Source: a virus
Lineage: Duplodnaviria; Caudoviricetes
Strand: one strand, 5' to 3'
IMG/VR virus record: IMGVR_UViG_3300020044_002024
Coordinates: 1 to 24,614 of that record
DNA: 24,614 nucleotides
The notes under the pieces were generated by a model. The model made no database searches, was not told the DNA's origin, and saw only the letters and a program-made list of their open reading frames with translations. Below, piece after piece: positions 1-8,904 of this stretch (positions are counted from its first letter, which is position 1; each line of letters starts with the position of its first letter). The translations under genes and the position numbers were made by a program.

Positions 1-1334
1 TCCCACCCAGGCGGGCACTCCCAGTCGTCAGATAACTGAATGATAATATCACCAGTCGCTTGCGCGGCTCCGAGATTCCAAGCTCCGACGGAAAAACCAC
101 CCTCTTTTTGCGTCACGGATCTGAATCTCTTTAGAACGTCTGCCTTATCGTCGTCGTGATCGACCGCAAAGATATGCTCCACGCGCTCTGGGTGCGTTGC
201 GCGTGACAACCATAGCGTCATGCATTGCACGGCCTCCACGGGCCTTCCTCGCGTTGCATGGACTAGCGAGATTTTAGGCTTGTTCGATCCAGCCAACGTC
301 TCGCGCTCGATCTCTTCGGCGTCTTCGTTGCGTCCGAGCAGTCGGAGCGTCCATGCGTAGAGTTGATCGCCCTTCCACCCATACCATTCCTTTCGGTGCG
401 TCCATTGCGGGAATTTAGGCGTCGGCACTTCGAGCATTTCTTCCACCACTTTCAAAGCTTCTTGGTATTTTTTGTCATCAAGCAGGATGCTGGCCTCAAG
501 TCCGTAGGCTTCGCGGCGTTTCGGCTCAAGTGCTCGCGCCTTGCGTGCTAAGTTGAGCGATGTCTCTCCGCTCGTAATGTTCGCGCAATTTAAAAGAATC
601 TCGTAGCGGTTGACGCCGTCGAGATCGGTCAACGCCAATGCCTCCGATCCGTATTTGGCCGCGAGTTCTTTGTTCCCTGCGATGAAGTTCTCGTAGTGTA
701 AGTAAAATTTGAAGTGAGAAGTCATGCGGTCTTGGTGCATTAGAATCCGGCGGTTGCGTTCGCTGCTGTTGCGATGACCTATCGGCGGTTGGTGCGTGAT
801 CTCCAAGTCGCGCCGCATATATACCTGCACGTCTTTTGTAGGCTGCGCGTTTTCGTGGACAGGCCGATGCCACCATGCTGTGCGATGTCTGAAGAATCGC
901 TCGCGTGGTGCGCGTTTGCCTTGTTCTGGAATGACGTAGTCGGTCAATATCCAGTCCTGTTCCGGAGGACATTCTTCAAGCGCGGCCAATGTTGGCGCGA
1001 CCATGTGCGGTTCAATGATGTCGTCGCAGTCTGCCCACATAACCCAGCCTTCTTTTCCGGCTAGCTCGTATGCTTTCGCAAATGCTTTGTTCCTGGCTTC
1101 TCCGAAGTTGTCGAGATGTTCCCAGTCTGCGACCAGCGGAGAATTGAGATATTCGTCAACGTGGCAACCGAGTTCTTTTGCGATGTCGAGCGTGCGATCT
1201 GGCTTGAGTGCTCCTATTGCGCGAACGATAACGATCTCGTCGCATATTTGCTTGAGTGACTTAACGCATCGCTCGATGCGCGGTTCTTCGTTGCCACAGA
1301 TTAAGCCTGCGACCAGCTTCTTTTTTTGGTTCAT
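1..1334 (-). CDS. Glycosyltransferase, GT2 (SunS-like) + TPR-like helical region + second GT2 domain; 3' end runs off the window
   Basis: Missing from the ORF track because it has no stop in the window. ATG at 1334 reads MNQKKKLVAGLICGNEEPRIERC. GT-A motifs: DNFGEARN, WADCDD, RPVHE. A second domain starts KISLVHATRGR and contains SDDW. Confidence 0.85.
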   Translation of the reverse strand, partial: MNQKKKLVAGLICGNEEPRIERCVKSLKQICDEIVIVRAIGALKPDRTLDIAKELGCHVDEYLNSPLVADWEHLDNFGEARNKAFAKAYELAGKEGWVMWADCDDIIEPHMVAPTLAALEECPPEQDWILTDYVIPEQGKRAPRERFFRHRTAWWHRPVHENAQPTKDVQVYMRRDLEITHQPPIGHRNSSERNRRILMHQDRMTSHFKFYLHYENFIAGNKELAAKYGSEALALTDLDGVNRYEILLNCANITSGETSLNLARKARALEPKRREAYGLEASILLDDKKYQEALKVVEEMLEVPTPKFPQWTHRKEWYGWKGDQLYAWTLRLLGRNEDAEEIERETLAGSNKPKISLVHATRGRPVEAVQCMTLWLSRATHPERVEHIFAVDHDDDKADVLKRFRSVTQKEGGFSVGAWNLGAAQATGDIIIQLSDDWECPPGW

Positions 1335-1365
1335 GTTTACACTTGAAATATGTGTCAACAAAAGC

Positions 1366-1395
1366 AAAAAAGCCACCCTCTTTCAAGGGTGGCTT
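1366..1395 (-). terminator. Intrinsic terminator after major capsid gene
   Basis: Minus strand reads aagccacccttgaaagagggtggctttttt: GC-rich stem, GAAA loop, U-tract. Confidence 0.85.
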
Positions 1396-1418
1396 CTTCG
1401 ATGCTGACTTGGGGAATC

Positions 1419-2372
1419 TTATGCGAATCCTGTTGTGATGCGGATGATGCTGGAACCGTCGATAACTTTCTCAGCCGAGTTCTGACGAACACGGAGAACA
1501 TTAGCGCGGCGAGCTTCGTCACGATAGGTTTCGGAAACGAAAGGCACGGGACTATCAGCAGCCCATACAATCGTGCGTCCGAATCCACCACCGGAGAAAT
1601 CTCCGCCGGAGGTTGTGGCGAGAGCCATGTAGGTGTTCGACCAGATGAATCCACCGGCATAGGTCTGACCCTTAGCGGCAGTGTTCTTTGGTGCACGGCC
1701 TACGAGAACGCGATCAACTCCGACAGCGGCGGCCACTTCGCCTTCGCTGAGGAGACGGCTTTGATCCGAAGGAACGATGCCGAAGAACTGGTTCTGCACC
1801 TTGGCAGAGCGGCGGATGCGCTCGAACAAAGGCATGGACATGATCAAGGTGTTTGGAAGAACGCCATATTTGGCGAGTTCCAACTTGGCCGCTGCCACGT
1901 CACCGGGAACGTCGAAGCTTGTGATGTTCGCTTCTGTATAGGCTGCTGTTGCGCTGATCGCTGTCAGTCCGTTTGCGGCGAATGCTGCTGAAGCAACGCG
2001 AGCCTCGTGACTGATTTGGATTTGGCGGAGCAACATCGAAGCGATGTTAACCTCGGTGTCGAAAAATCTATCGAGATCGCGGCGGTTGCTGTCAGGAAGA
2101 ACCTCTTCGAGACCGTATTCAATCGCGTCGAAAGAATCGCTCGTGAACCGGCGGCTTGTGCGTGGGTATCCAGCACCAGCGGCGATTTTAAGAACGTCGT
2201 CGTTGAGAGTTTCAGAATCACCGATGTTCAGCTTCAGATACGCGCCGGACTTAACGTCGGACGAGTAAACTGGCATGACTTCGGTTCCGATGAACAAGTT
2301 GTTTTTGTTCGACAGACCTTCGTAGACGGCCTGCGCGATATCGGCGCGAATTGTTGTGTATGAGAGTGCCAT
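1419..2372 (-). CDS. Major capsid protein (lambda gpE-like, HK97 fold)
   Basis: 317 aa, follows protease and decoration genes and precedes a terminator. The N-terminal IGTEVMPV..K.G.Y pattern and C-terminal E.YRDE..R..V.RVR pattern resemble gpE-like capsids. Confidence 0.85.
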   Translation of the reverse strand: MALSYTTIRADIAQAVYEGLSNKNNLFIGTEVMPVYSSDVKSGAYLKLNIGDSETLNDDVLKIAAGAGYPRTSRRFTSDSFDAIEYGLEEVLPDSNRRDLDRFFDTEVNIASMLLRQIQISHEARVASAAFAANGLTAISATAAYTEANITSFDVPGDVAAAKLELAKYGVLPNTLIMSMPLFERIRRSAKVQNQFFGIVPSDQSRLLSEGEVAAAVGVDRVLVGRAPKNTAAKGQTYAGGFIWSNTYMALATTSGGDFSGGGFGRTIVWAADSPVPFVSETYRDEARRANVLRVRQNSAEKVIDGSSIIRITTGFA

Positions 2373-2384
2373 AGTGGTATTAGA

Positions 2385-2744
2385 TTATTGGTTGAATTTA
2401 GGAACGTATTCCACGACGTCGCCAGCAACGCCGCTGTTGATCGCAACCCCGAGAGTCACGGTCGATGCGTTGGCGTATGTGCCGAGGATGAGGCCGTTGG
2501 TCACCGCGAAAACGGTGTTACCGGCTGTCACAATCGCGGACACGATGCCGAACTGGGATGGGAAGAAAAGTTTGACAGCGCCTTGAGCACCAGCAGCGAC
2601 GTCATTCTGGACGACTCCGATGGCGTTGGCGCCGGTTGATGCCGCTTGCGCGGCGTTTGCGCCCGAAATATTAACGAGCGTGTTCGCGGTGATCGCGGAT
2701 GCGAAGGCGAAGCTTCGGATACCGGTGTCGTTTTGTGTTGCCAT
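2385..2744 (-). CDS. Capsid cement/decoration protein (DUF2190-like)
   Basis: 119 aa, Ala/Gly/Val-rich, with AIGVVQNDVAAG and GVAINSGVAGDVVE motifs, immediately upstream of the capsid gene. Confidence 0.75.
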   Translation of the reverse strand: MATQNDTGIRSFAFASAITANTLVNISGANAAQAASTGANAIGVVQNDVAAGAQGAVKLFFPSQFGIVSAIVTAGNTVFAVTNGLILGTYANASTVTLGVAINSGVAGDVVEYVPKFNQ

Positions 2745-2757
2745 AAATTAGGTAGGA

Positions 2758-3186
2758 TTAAAAGTTGAGTTGGTTGTTATCGCGGGCTTCGATGTAGGCT
2801 TCGCGGTGGTTGCGCATTGCAAAGCGGATCGCTTCGGTGCGGCTGCCGAGTTCCTCGGTCTTCTGGGTGATGACTGCTTTGAGGTCGAATTTTTCGACCG
2901 CTTTCTCTTCAGCGACTACCGATGCCTTTACTGGAGCGGCTCCGAAGTTCGAGATGATCGAGTCAAGCTTTGCTTCAAGCTTGGAAATGACGCTGAGTTC
3001 AGCGGCCATTTCTTCTTTGGCAGGCTCTGCTGCTGGATCTTCGGCTGGAATCATTGCTTCCATTTTTGTTTTGATCATTCCAAAAGCTTCTTCAAGAGCG
3101 CTCATGCGCTTGGAAAGATCGACGATTGTGACTTCGGATTCTCCCGAATCTTCGGGCATTGGTGTTGTTGCGGTATCTTCGGGCAT
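2758..3186 (-). CDS. Putative in-frame nested scaffold protein (starts MPEDTA)
   Basis: Internal ATG at the protease/scaffold boundary, preceded by TTGACA-N14 as at other starts. Analogous to lambda C/Nu3 (inference). Confidence 0.55.
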   Translation of the reverse strand: MPEDTATTPMPEDSGESEVTIVDLSKRMSALEEAFGMIKTKMEAMIPAEDPAAEPAKEEMAAELSVISKLEAKLDSIISNFGAAPVKASVVAEEKAVEKFDLKAVITQKTEELGSRTEAIRFAMRNHREAYIEARDNNQLNF

Positions 3187-3633
3187 TTGTTTGGAAAAAC
3201 TGTCAACTTGCTTTGCCGTAAAACTGAAAAGACCGGTCGCATTTGCGGCTGGTGTTTGCACTAGGTCTGCGCTGTAAAGCTCGGTGCAACTTGCGAAGGC
3301 GAGGCCCTCCACTTCGCGGATAGGGCCTGTAAATGCGATGCTGATTCCGAATGTGTCCGGCAGTTTGCTTGAAATCTCCAGGACGTAATCGCGCATTGGC
3401 GATGTTTCAAGAAGGTTGAGATCGCCGAGAAGTTGTTTGCCGACGATGCGGAAATTGTTTACGAATCCGACGATGTCTTTTATACCTGCACCGTGGTCCA
3501 GGTTGACTTTGACGCCGCCCTTGTAGCTTTCGGCGCATTCTTTGACTTGCATCAAAGTTGTCTCGTCAACGTAGAGACCGTGACCCTTCGCTTCGCCTAT
3601 TGAAATGATTGATACGCCTTCGATGACATCCAT
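2758..3633 (-). CDS. Prohead protease fused to C-terminal scaffold region
   Basis: N-half has KVNLDH, FGISIAF and SADLVQTPAAN (His/Ser protease-like). C-half is acidic, Pro/Ala/Glu-rich and coiled-coil-like. Position is upstream of decoration and capsid genes. Confidence 0.75.
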   Translation of the reverse strand: MDVIEGVSIISIGEAKGHGLYVDETTLMQVKECAESYKGGVKVNLDHGAGIKDIVGFVNNFRIVGKQLLGDLNLLETSPMRDYVLEISSKLPDTFGISIAFTGPIREVEGLAFASCTELYSADLVQTPAANATGLFSFTAKQVDSFSKQMPEDTATTPMPEDSGESEVTIVDLSKRMSALEEAFGMIKTKMEAMIPAEDPAAEPAKEEMAAELSVISKLEAKLDSIISNFGAAPVKASVVAEEKAVEKFDLKAVITQKTEELGSRTEAIRFAMRNHREAYIEARDNNQLNF

Positions 3634-3652
3634 GCGAAGGCGCGGATGTCAA
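3631..3652 (-). promoter_or_regulatory. TTGACA-N13-ATG element upstream of protease
   Basis: ttgacatccgcgccttcgcATG, identical in both arms. tgacatcc can pair with ggatgtca across the start codon. Confidence 0.55.
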
Positions 3653-4102
3653 TTAGTCGTCCATCAATGCCATCGCGGCCTGCGCCATCAAATAAACTTC
3701 AAGTTCGTTTTCTTCCTCGCATCCGATGACGTTGAACGTGCTGGAAATTGAAAGCCCTGCGCGACTCACTCCCGCATGGTTGCGACTACCGAGCACCATT
3801 GTTTTTGCGCTGATCGAAAGCCCTGCCTCGCCAGCATTCGAGAAGCAAGACGAGCCTACAACTTGAATGCGCGAACCGGCGCACACTTCCACATTCGCGA
3901 CCGAGAACACAAGACGATTGCCGCGAACCTTGATTGTGACTTTGCGCTCTTCGCGTCCTCGTCCTCCGCCCCCTGGCAGATCGGTGGGAGAAATAGGGAC
4001 AGGCGGAACAACTGAAATGAACAGCAAGCCTTGAACGCCGATTGATAACGGCGTTGGGCTTGGCATTAAGCCCTGCGTTGCGATGAGCAGGGAAGCTAAC
4101 AT
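3653..4102 (-). CDS. Hypothetical protein, last gene of the fibre-like cluster
   Basis: 149 aa, near-identical in both arms. Contains GGGGRGREERK and an acidic C-terminal helix EEENELEVYLM. Confidence 0.7.
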   Translation of the reverse strand: MLASLLIATQGLMPSPTPLSIGVQGLLFISVVPPVPISPTDLPGGGGRGREERKVTIKVRGNRLVFSVANVEVCAGSRIQVVGSSCFSNAGEAGLSISAKTMVLGSRNHAGVSRAGLSISSTFNVIGCEEENELEVYLMAQAAMALMDD

Positions 4103-4106
4103 CCGC

Positions 4107-5540
4107 TTAGACCCTCGTGACTACGGTGTTCGTTGTTCCGTCTCCGGTGATCGATTGAGTGATCGCTCCCGATGTCCTGCTCGTAGGCGTGACGGTTAGC
4201 GCATTGGCGATATCGAGCCCGTGGATTGCGTGAACCTCGGTGATCTCCGTGAGTTCTGGCGCGAGTTCTGTTCGCACATTCGCGGCGGTCAATGTTGAAC
4301 GGCTGGAAATTGTCGCATCAATGTTGGTTTTAAGAAGTGTTCCGATTGTGCTGCTTGAGGTGATTGCTGAAAGCAAATGATCCCACACACTCGCAGGCGT
4401 GAGCGCAGCCGTTCCGGTTGTGTTATCCACAGGCACGCCGAAGGCGACGGATGCGGAGGCTGGGACTTTGCAGGTTCCGGTGAGTGCGCCGCTTGCGTAG
4501 CTCACGCCGTTGCGGACATCGGTGGCTGCTGGCATTGCGGCGTTTTGCGTGGCGTCGATGAGGGTTTTTGCGCCTGCGGTGTCGCAGTAATTAAAGACGG
4601 CGACATTGCTTGTGAGTTTTTTGAGGCGGATGCCTGTGCCGCTGGTTGGCGACATTCCGAATGTGCCGTATTCAATTTCTTGGATTTCTATGATTCCAAG
4701 TCCTGCGTTTGCTGCGCCGGGAGTCGGAGACAATCCAGAGGTGTTACCGGGGCCGTAGGTGTTACCTTTTGCGCGACCGAGATTAATTGTTCCTGTTGAT
4801 GCGTTGTTGACGCCTGCTCCGGTGTTCCCAGCCGTGGCAATTCCAGTTATTGTAACTGTTCCAGTTGAGGCATTGTTGACGCCTGCTGCTCCTGCGCCTG
4901 TGGAATTTCCCGTTATCGTAACCGTTCCGGTTGATGCGTTGCTGACGCCCAAAGCCCCCGAAGCGAGGACATTTCCCGTAATCGTAACCGTTCCAGTTCC
5001 GACATTATTGACGCCAAGCCCACCCGAAGCGGTGACATTTCCAGTTATTGTAATGTTCCCGTTTCCTTGACCCTGCACTGCGTTGGCCGACCCTCCAGAC
5101 CCACCTGTAACATTCCCAGTGACGACGAACCTACCAGTCGATGAATTATAAAGGCCATACGCAAAAGACCCACTGCCGCCTGTCACGGTTCCGGTAACAT
5201 TGACGGTACCAGTACTCACGTTGTTAATACCTATCGCGCTTGTCGCTGGTCCGCTCGTTACATTTCCGACGATTGTTGCACTAGAGCCTGTAAATTGCAT
5301 ACAGGCGCGGGAGGCGGTAGTCGTTTTATTGGTGACATTTGCCGTGAGAGTGACGCCATCATTCAGTGTGAAAATGCCAGTGCCTGCGTTGCTGATAAGA
5401 TCGCAGGTTGTATTAGCCGTGATGGTGATCGTGTGACCTGTCGCGGCCTGCGCTTCGTCGCCAATGGTCGGAACGACCCCCCCGACCCAAGTTGCTCCTG
5501 CGTTAAAATTGCCTGTTGCGGCAGATACGATGAGTGCCAT
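4107..5540 (-). CDS. Gly/Thr/Ser/Asn-rich beta-solenoid fibre/adhesin-like virion protein, allele A
   Basis: 477 aa with tandem 22-26 aa repeats (GVNNASTGTVTITGN). C-terminus is shared with the 618-aa right-arm homologue. Confidence 0.7.
   Translation of the reverse strand: MALIVSAATGNFNAGATWVGGVVPTIGDEAQAATGHTITITANTTCDLISNAGTGIFTLNDGVTLTANVTNKTTTASRACMQFTGSSATIVGNVTSGPATSAIGINNVSTGTVNVTGTVTGGSGSFAYGLYNSSTGRFVVTGNVTGGSGGSANAVQGQGNGNITITGNVTASGGLGVNNVGTGTVTITGNVLASGALGVSNASTGTVTITGNSTGAGAAGVNNASTGTVTITGIATAGNTGAGVNNASTGTINLGRAKGNTYGPGNTSGLSPTPGAANAGLGIIEIQEIEYGTFGMSPTSGTGIRLKKLTSNVAVFNYCDTAGAKTLIDATQNAAMPAATDVRNGVSYASGALTGTCKVPASASVAFGVPVDNTTGTAALTPASVWDHLLSAITSSSTIGTLLKTNIDATISSRSTLTAANVRTELAPELTEITEVHAIHGLDIANALTVTPTSRTSGAITQSITGDGTTNTVVTRV
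4790..5260 (-). repeat. Degenerate coding tandem repeat (~66-78 nt units), approximate bounds
   Basis: Recurrent ttgacgcc....gttat(c/t)gtaac..ttcc on the plus strand, encoding GVNNASTGTVTITG. Confidence 0.75.
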
Positions 5541-5543
5541 TTT

Positions 5544-5825
5544 TTACAGACCCTTCGCGTAAATAAATTCTTGGATACTTGCAGAAATTTGAGCAACGGC
5601 GGTAGCTGTCGGAGCGTCCACTCCATCGACGCTACCGAGTGCCAACGAGCGTGCGTAGTCGTTTGCAAGAATGACTTCGCCATTCGCGATCCGCGTAGGA
5701 ATTAAGCGCATCGCCACGTTTGCGTCTTCGCTTGCGTCTGGGTTTACAACGGATGTGATCGCAAGGTTGATCGTATAAATGTCGTAGGTTTCTCCGTCGA
5801 TGATGATGGGATTTGTTGGTTTCAT
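5544..5825 (-). CDS. Hypothetical protein, possible fibre partner, allele A
   Basis: 93 aa. Its ends (MKPTNPI.IDG.TYD.YT and IQ.FIYA.GL) are conserved with 18359-18640 while the centre differs. Confidence 0.7.
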   Translation of the reverse strand: MKPTNPIIIDGETYDIYTINLAITSVVNPDASEDANVAMRLIPTRIANGEVILANDYARSLALGSVDGVDAPTATAVAQISASIQEFIYAKGL

Positions 5826-5827
5826 AT

Positions 5828-6241
5828 TTAAGCGAGTAAAATCAATGCACTGGTTTCGGTTGGCTTGGGAAATTTCAATTCAAACGCGCCGTCGTAGACG
5901 TGCCGCTCGGCTCCAAGGTTGAGAACGCACAAGGTTGCGTTGCCTTTGCTGGCGTTGTATATCATCGCTCCACCTGCGGCGAAGGTTGCGGATTTTAGGA
6001 CAACGTCATCGAATGTTATAAAGGCATTTTTGCCGATGATGCCCGTGCGATGCCCCTTGAGTGCTACGCCCCCTGCGGTGTAGCCCATTCCCTTTATCTC
6101 GCCTTCGGTTGTGTAGGCTTTTGTCGTCGGCCCGATCTTTGCCGATGCGCTGTAAAGCGCGATCCGATATTCGTCGCCGGGTTGATGGACGCCGGTGATG
6201 AGTGCCTTCTTTGCTTCGAGTGCTATGCCGTGAGTTATCAT
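5828..6241 (-). CDS. Conserved phage virion-associated protein (IALY...GYTAGG...A.IYN type)
   Basis: 137 aa, begins directly after the portal stop and is near-identical in both arms. The motif pattern is recognised from phage structural gene clusters. Confidence 0.65.
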   Translation of the reverse strand: MITHGIALEAKKALITGVHQPGDEYRIALYSASAKIGPTTKAYTTEGEIKGMGYTAGGVALKGHRTGIIGKNAFITFDDVVLKSATFAAGGAMIYNASKGNATLCVLNLGAERHVYDGAFELKFPKPTETSALILLA

Positions 6242-8305
6242 TTATTTTTTATCCCATTGTGCAGAGCATACGGCTACGCGCTGGCTCTCGTCTGGATATT
6301 CGCTCGTCATCGTTCCGCTGATCATGCACCGACCTATGAAGTCGTCTTGCTCTTCGTCTTTTTCTGGCGTTGGCATGACAAGCTCATGCTTTGTTTCAAA
6401 TCCGGTAATGCGTCCGAATGTGTCGCGAACGGCGAGCGAGACTTTCATTTGTTCGGGTTGCGAGGCCTGCATTCCTTTGACCTTATCAGCGGCCCAAACT
6501 TGCCCTGCGTCTCCGCCCCACAACGCCCATGCAATGCGGCCTGCGGATGGGAAGCCGTCTTCATCTGGTGTAAAGCCCTTCCCCTTTTTATCGACTTCGT
6601 GACGTGAAAAAAAGGAGTGCATTCTTTTAACGGTATCGTCGGAAAGATTCTTGCCGTTGCTAATGTCGCGAGCGCGTGCGACTCCTACCGCTGTCCCGCC
6701 TCGGTTGTATTCTTCGCGCCACTTTAAGCCCTTTAGCGCTTCTTCCACCATGCCTTTGCTAGGCTTATTCTCGTCTGCGAGATCGGTTTGTTTTGGTTGT
6801 TCTTGTGGTGGCTCAGGTTGCGGCTCTTCTTGCGTGATAGGCGCGGCGATAGGTGCGGCAACCGGCGCGGCGGCTTGAATGGGAATGATAGAATCTGAAA
6901 TATATTCGGATGGAATATCCATTTCTGTGCCGAGCGCGACGATCATCGCGGCCTCCTTCGCTCTTGCGCGGAGTGCTTCTTCGTAGTCCTCGCCCATGTC
7001 AGAGTAAATCTGGCCTGCTGTTTTCAAGCCAGCTTTCCAAAGCTCGATGTCGGCGCGTGCCTCGCGTCCGTAATCAATCGAAACCTTGGCAGGCCAGCAC
7101 CAGCGGCCATCAAGCAAGTATTCGGAATCTGGAATGAGTCCGCGCGAAGCGGCGTCGAGAAGGATAACATTTTTGATGCGGTTTAAAAACTGACCTTCCA
7201 AGAGTCCACGCCACCGAAGAAATGTTCGCTCGGCCATCGCGGCCTCCATCCTTGCCATTGGCCCCGACTTGTCGGCATCGAATGCGAAGCCGTAGGGAAG
7301 ACCGACTGCCATGCAAATGTGAGCTTGCACCAAGCGGATGAACTCTCCGAATGCTCCGGTCGGACGATCCGACTTGAACATTTCCATTTTCTCGCCTGCG
7401 CTCAAATAGTTGACCGTTCCAGGATCGAGCGACTGAAGGCGTGCGACTTGGCCTTGATCGTTTGAGTTTCCGCGTGCAAAGTAGTCGCCAGCGTCTGCCG
7501 CTCCGCTCTCGGTCGTGATGACTCCGGACTGATACGAAGCGTACTTGATCGCTTGCACTTCGGCTTTTATCGCCTCCTGCAGATCGCGCGTTGCGTTTAA
7601 CGCAGTAGCGAAAGCACTCCGCCCACGATATTCGTCAAGTCTTGCTGCGTCGAACAAGTGGATAAACTCTTTTGAAGGAATATCAGTAGGAGAAATGTAC
7701 TGGTTATTAATAGTACGCGTGAAAATAGTGTATGAAACGGGTCTTCCATAGTCGTCAACATTTATTCCGCCAATGTATTTGTCGGTATCTGTTCTGTCGT
7801 AAGGCGATCCGATGCGGTCGGCTTCGACGCTTTGCAACTTTAGGTCTTCGCCGTCGCGAACAATAATAAATCCGCAATCGCCATCGCGAAGCATTGCCGT
7901 CACCGCGAGTTGCAACAGCGTTGTGAAATTGTGACGGCCTAAGAAATCGCAGTCGTTGCACCACTTCTGCCAGTAGCGTTCGATAGCGGTGTCCGCTTCG
8001 CGGTTGCCGGTGCGTGCCTGATAAGCGATGCGCCCAGAAACGTAGGTCGCAAATTTTAAAAGGAGAGAACGGACAGGCGGGAAATTGTCTGCGAGATCGC
8101 GAGCGGCGCGGATGAGCGCGAAGCGTTCGCGAGTTCCTGCCGTGTCTTCGCCACCGGATACGCCGCGACTGATCCCGCGCTTCTCGCTCGTCAATGCGGA
8201 GTCAAAGCGTCCGAAGTTTCGCAACTTCGCCTGGTTGACCATGCGGTCAAGAGCGGCCTTGGGAGAGACGAACGAAATGGCTTTGGTGAGTAGGTCTTGG
8301 GTCAT
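6242..8305 (-). CDS. Portal protein, lambda family, with long C-terminal extension (allele A)
   Basis: 687 aa. Contains RAARDLADN, LQSVEADRI and YRGRSAF motifs, and follows terL and the gpW-like gene. Residues after ~450 are accessory. Confidence 0.9.
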   Translation of the reverse strand: MTQDLLTKAISFVSPKAALDRMVNQAKLRNFGRFDSALTSEKRGISRGVSGGEDTAGTRERFALIRAARDLADNFPPVRSLLLKFATYVSGRIAYQARTGNREADTAIERYWQKWCNDCDFLGRHNFTTLLQLAVTAMLRDGDCGFIIVRDGEDLKLQSVEADRIGSPYDRTDTDKYIGGINVDDYGRPVSYTIFTRTINNQYISPTDIPSKEFIHLFDAARLDEYRGRSAFATALNATRDLQEAIKAEVQAIKYASYQSGVITTESGAADAGDYFARGNSNDQGQVARLQSLDPGTVNYLSAGEKMEMFKSDRPTGAFGEFIRLVQAHICMAVGLPYGFAFDADKSGPMARMEAAMAERTFLRWRGLLEGQFLNRIKNVILLDAASRGLIPDSEYLLDGRWCWPAKVSIDYGREARADIELWKAGLKTAGQIYSDMGEDYEEALRARAKEAAMIVALGTEMDIPSEYISDSIIPIQAAAPVAAPIAAPITQEEPQPEPPQEQPKQTDLADENKPSKGMVEEALKGLKWREEYNRGGTAVGVARARDISNGKNLSDDTVKRMHSFFSRHEVDKKGKGFTPDEDGFPSAGRIAWALWGGDAGQVWAADKVKGMQASQPEQMKVSLAVRDTFGRITGFETKHELVMPTPEKDEEQDDFIGRCMISGTMTSEYPDESQRVAVCSAQWDKK

Positions 8306-8550
8306 GGTCGTTGCGTCGGGAAGGTCGGCGTGAAACGTCTTACCCTATTCCCGCTAGCGTTGTCAATAGCGGCCTGTAATTCTTTGATCGTCTGTGCGAC
8401 CTCGGCAAGATTAGCGCGAGTGAACGAGCGCCCTGCGATGCTATACGACGCGCCTGCAACGGCTATTGCCTTCAAGCAAGCCGTGAAATCGCCCTGCAAT
8501 TCTTGCAGAGTTGCAAGCGGCAGGCCAAAAAATGATTTGTTCATCGCCAT
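8302..8550 (-). CDS. gpW-like head completion/head-tail joining protein
   Basis: 82 aa with GASYSIAGRSFTRANLAEV...L pattern. Lies between terL and portal, with an ATGA overlap to the portal gene. Confidence 0.75.
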   Translation of the reverse strand: MAMNKSFFGLPLATLQELQGDFTACLKAIAVAGASYSIAGRSFTRANLAEVAQTIKELQAAIDNASGNRVRRFTPTFPTQRP

Positions 8551-8568
8551 TCATTTGATGGCGATGTC

Positions 8569-8604
8569 AAAAAAAAGAAAAGGCGCGGGGATTGAACCCG
8601 CGCC
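8569..8604 (-). terminator. Intrinsic terminator of the moron
   Basis: ggcgcggg-ttcaatc-cccgcgcc followed by ttttctttttttt. Confidence 0.85.
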
Positions 8605-8612
8605 GGTTGGTG

Positions 8613-8774
8613 TTAGGCAGATGCCCGAAGCTCTTTTGCTATATTTTTGAGTTCTGATTCCGTTCTAAAAATTAAAGAAAACCAAATTTCGCCGGTCACA
8701 GAGATGTTTTTTGATTTGATGATTGTAAGAATTTCGTGCCGCAGGGTTTCTTTGTTTTTGTTTGTTGTTTTCAT
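8613..8774 (-). CDS. 53-aa basic moron protein (MKTTNKNKETLRHEIL...KELRASA)
   Basis: Below the ORF-track cutoff. AT-rich, has its own promoter and terminator, and is conserved at 15722-15883. Confidence 0.7.
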   Translation of the reverse strand: MKTTNKNKETLRHEILTIIKSKNISVTGEIWFSLIFRTESELKNIAKELRASA

Positions 8775-8829
8775 TTTGTTTTTTCTTTTTAGGTTTTCTT
8801 CGTTGGGCTTCTTGCCCTTCGATGTTTTA

Positions 8830-8858
8830 AATATCTACGCTTTTTTTATTTTTGAAAA
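8830..8858 (-). promoter_or_regulatory. Sigma70-like promoter of the moron
   Basis: TTTTCA-N17-GATATT with an upstream A/T tract. Both hexamers and the 17-nt spacing are kept in the right arm despite spacer changes. Confidence 0.55.
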
Positions 8859-8904
8859 GAAAAAAATAAAATTATTTTTCGCCCTTGTCGGAGCCGCTTA
8901 AAAC

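Noticed and set aside
363-1407. Several ORF-track entries over the left end, and mirror entries at 23084-23821
   Set aside because: They are shadow frames of the long glycosyltransferase ORF, which the track missed because it runs off the window.
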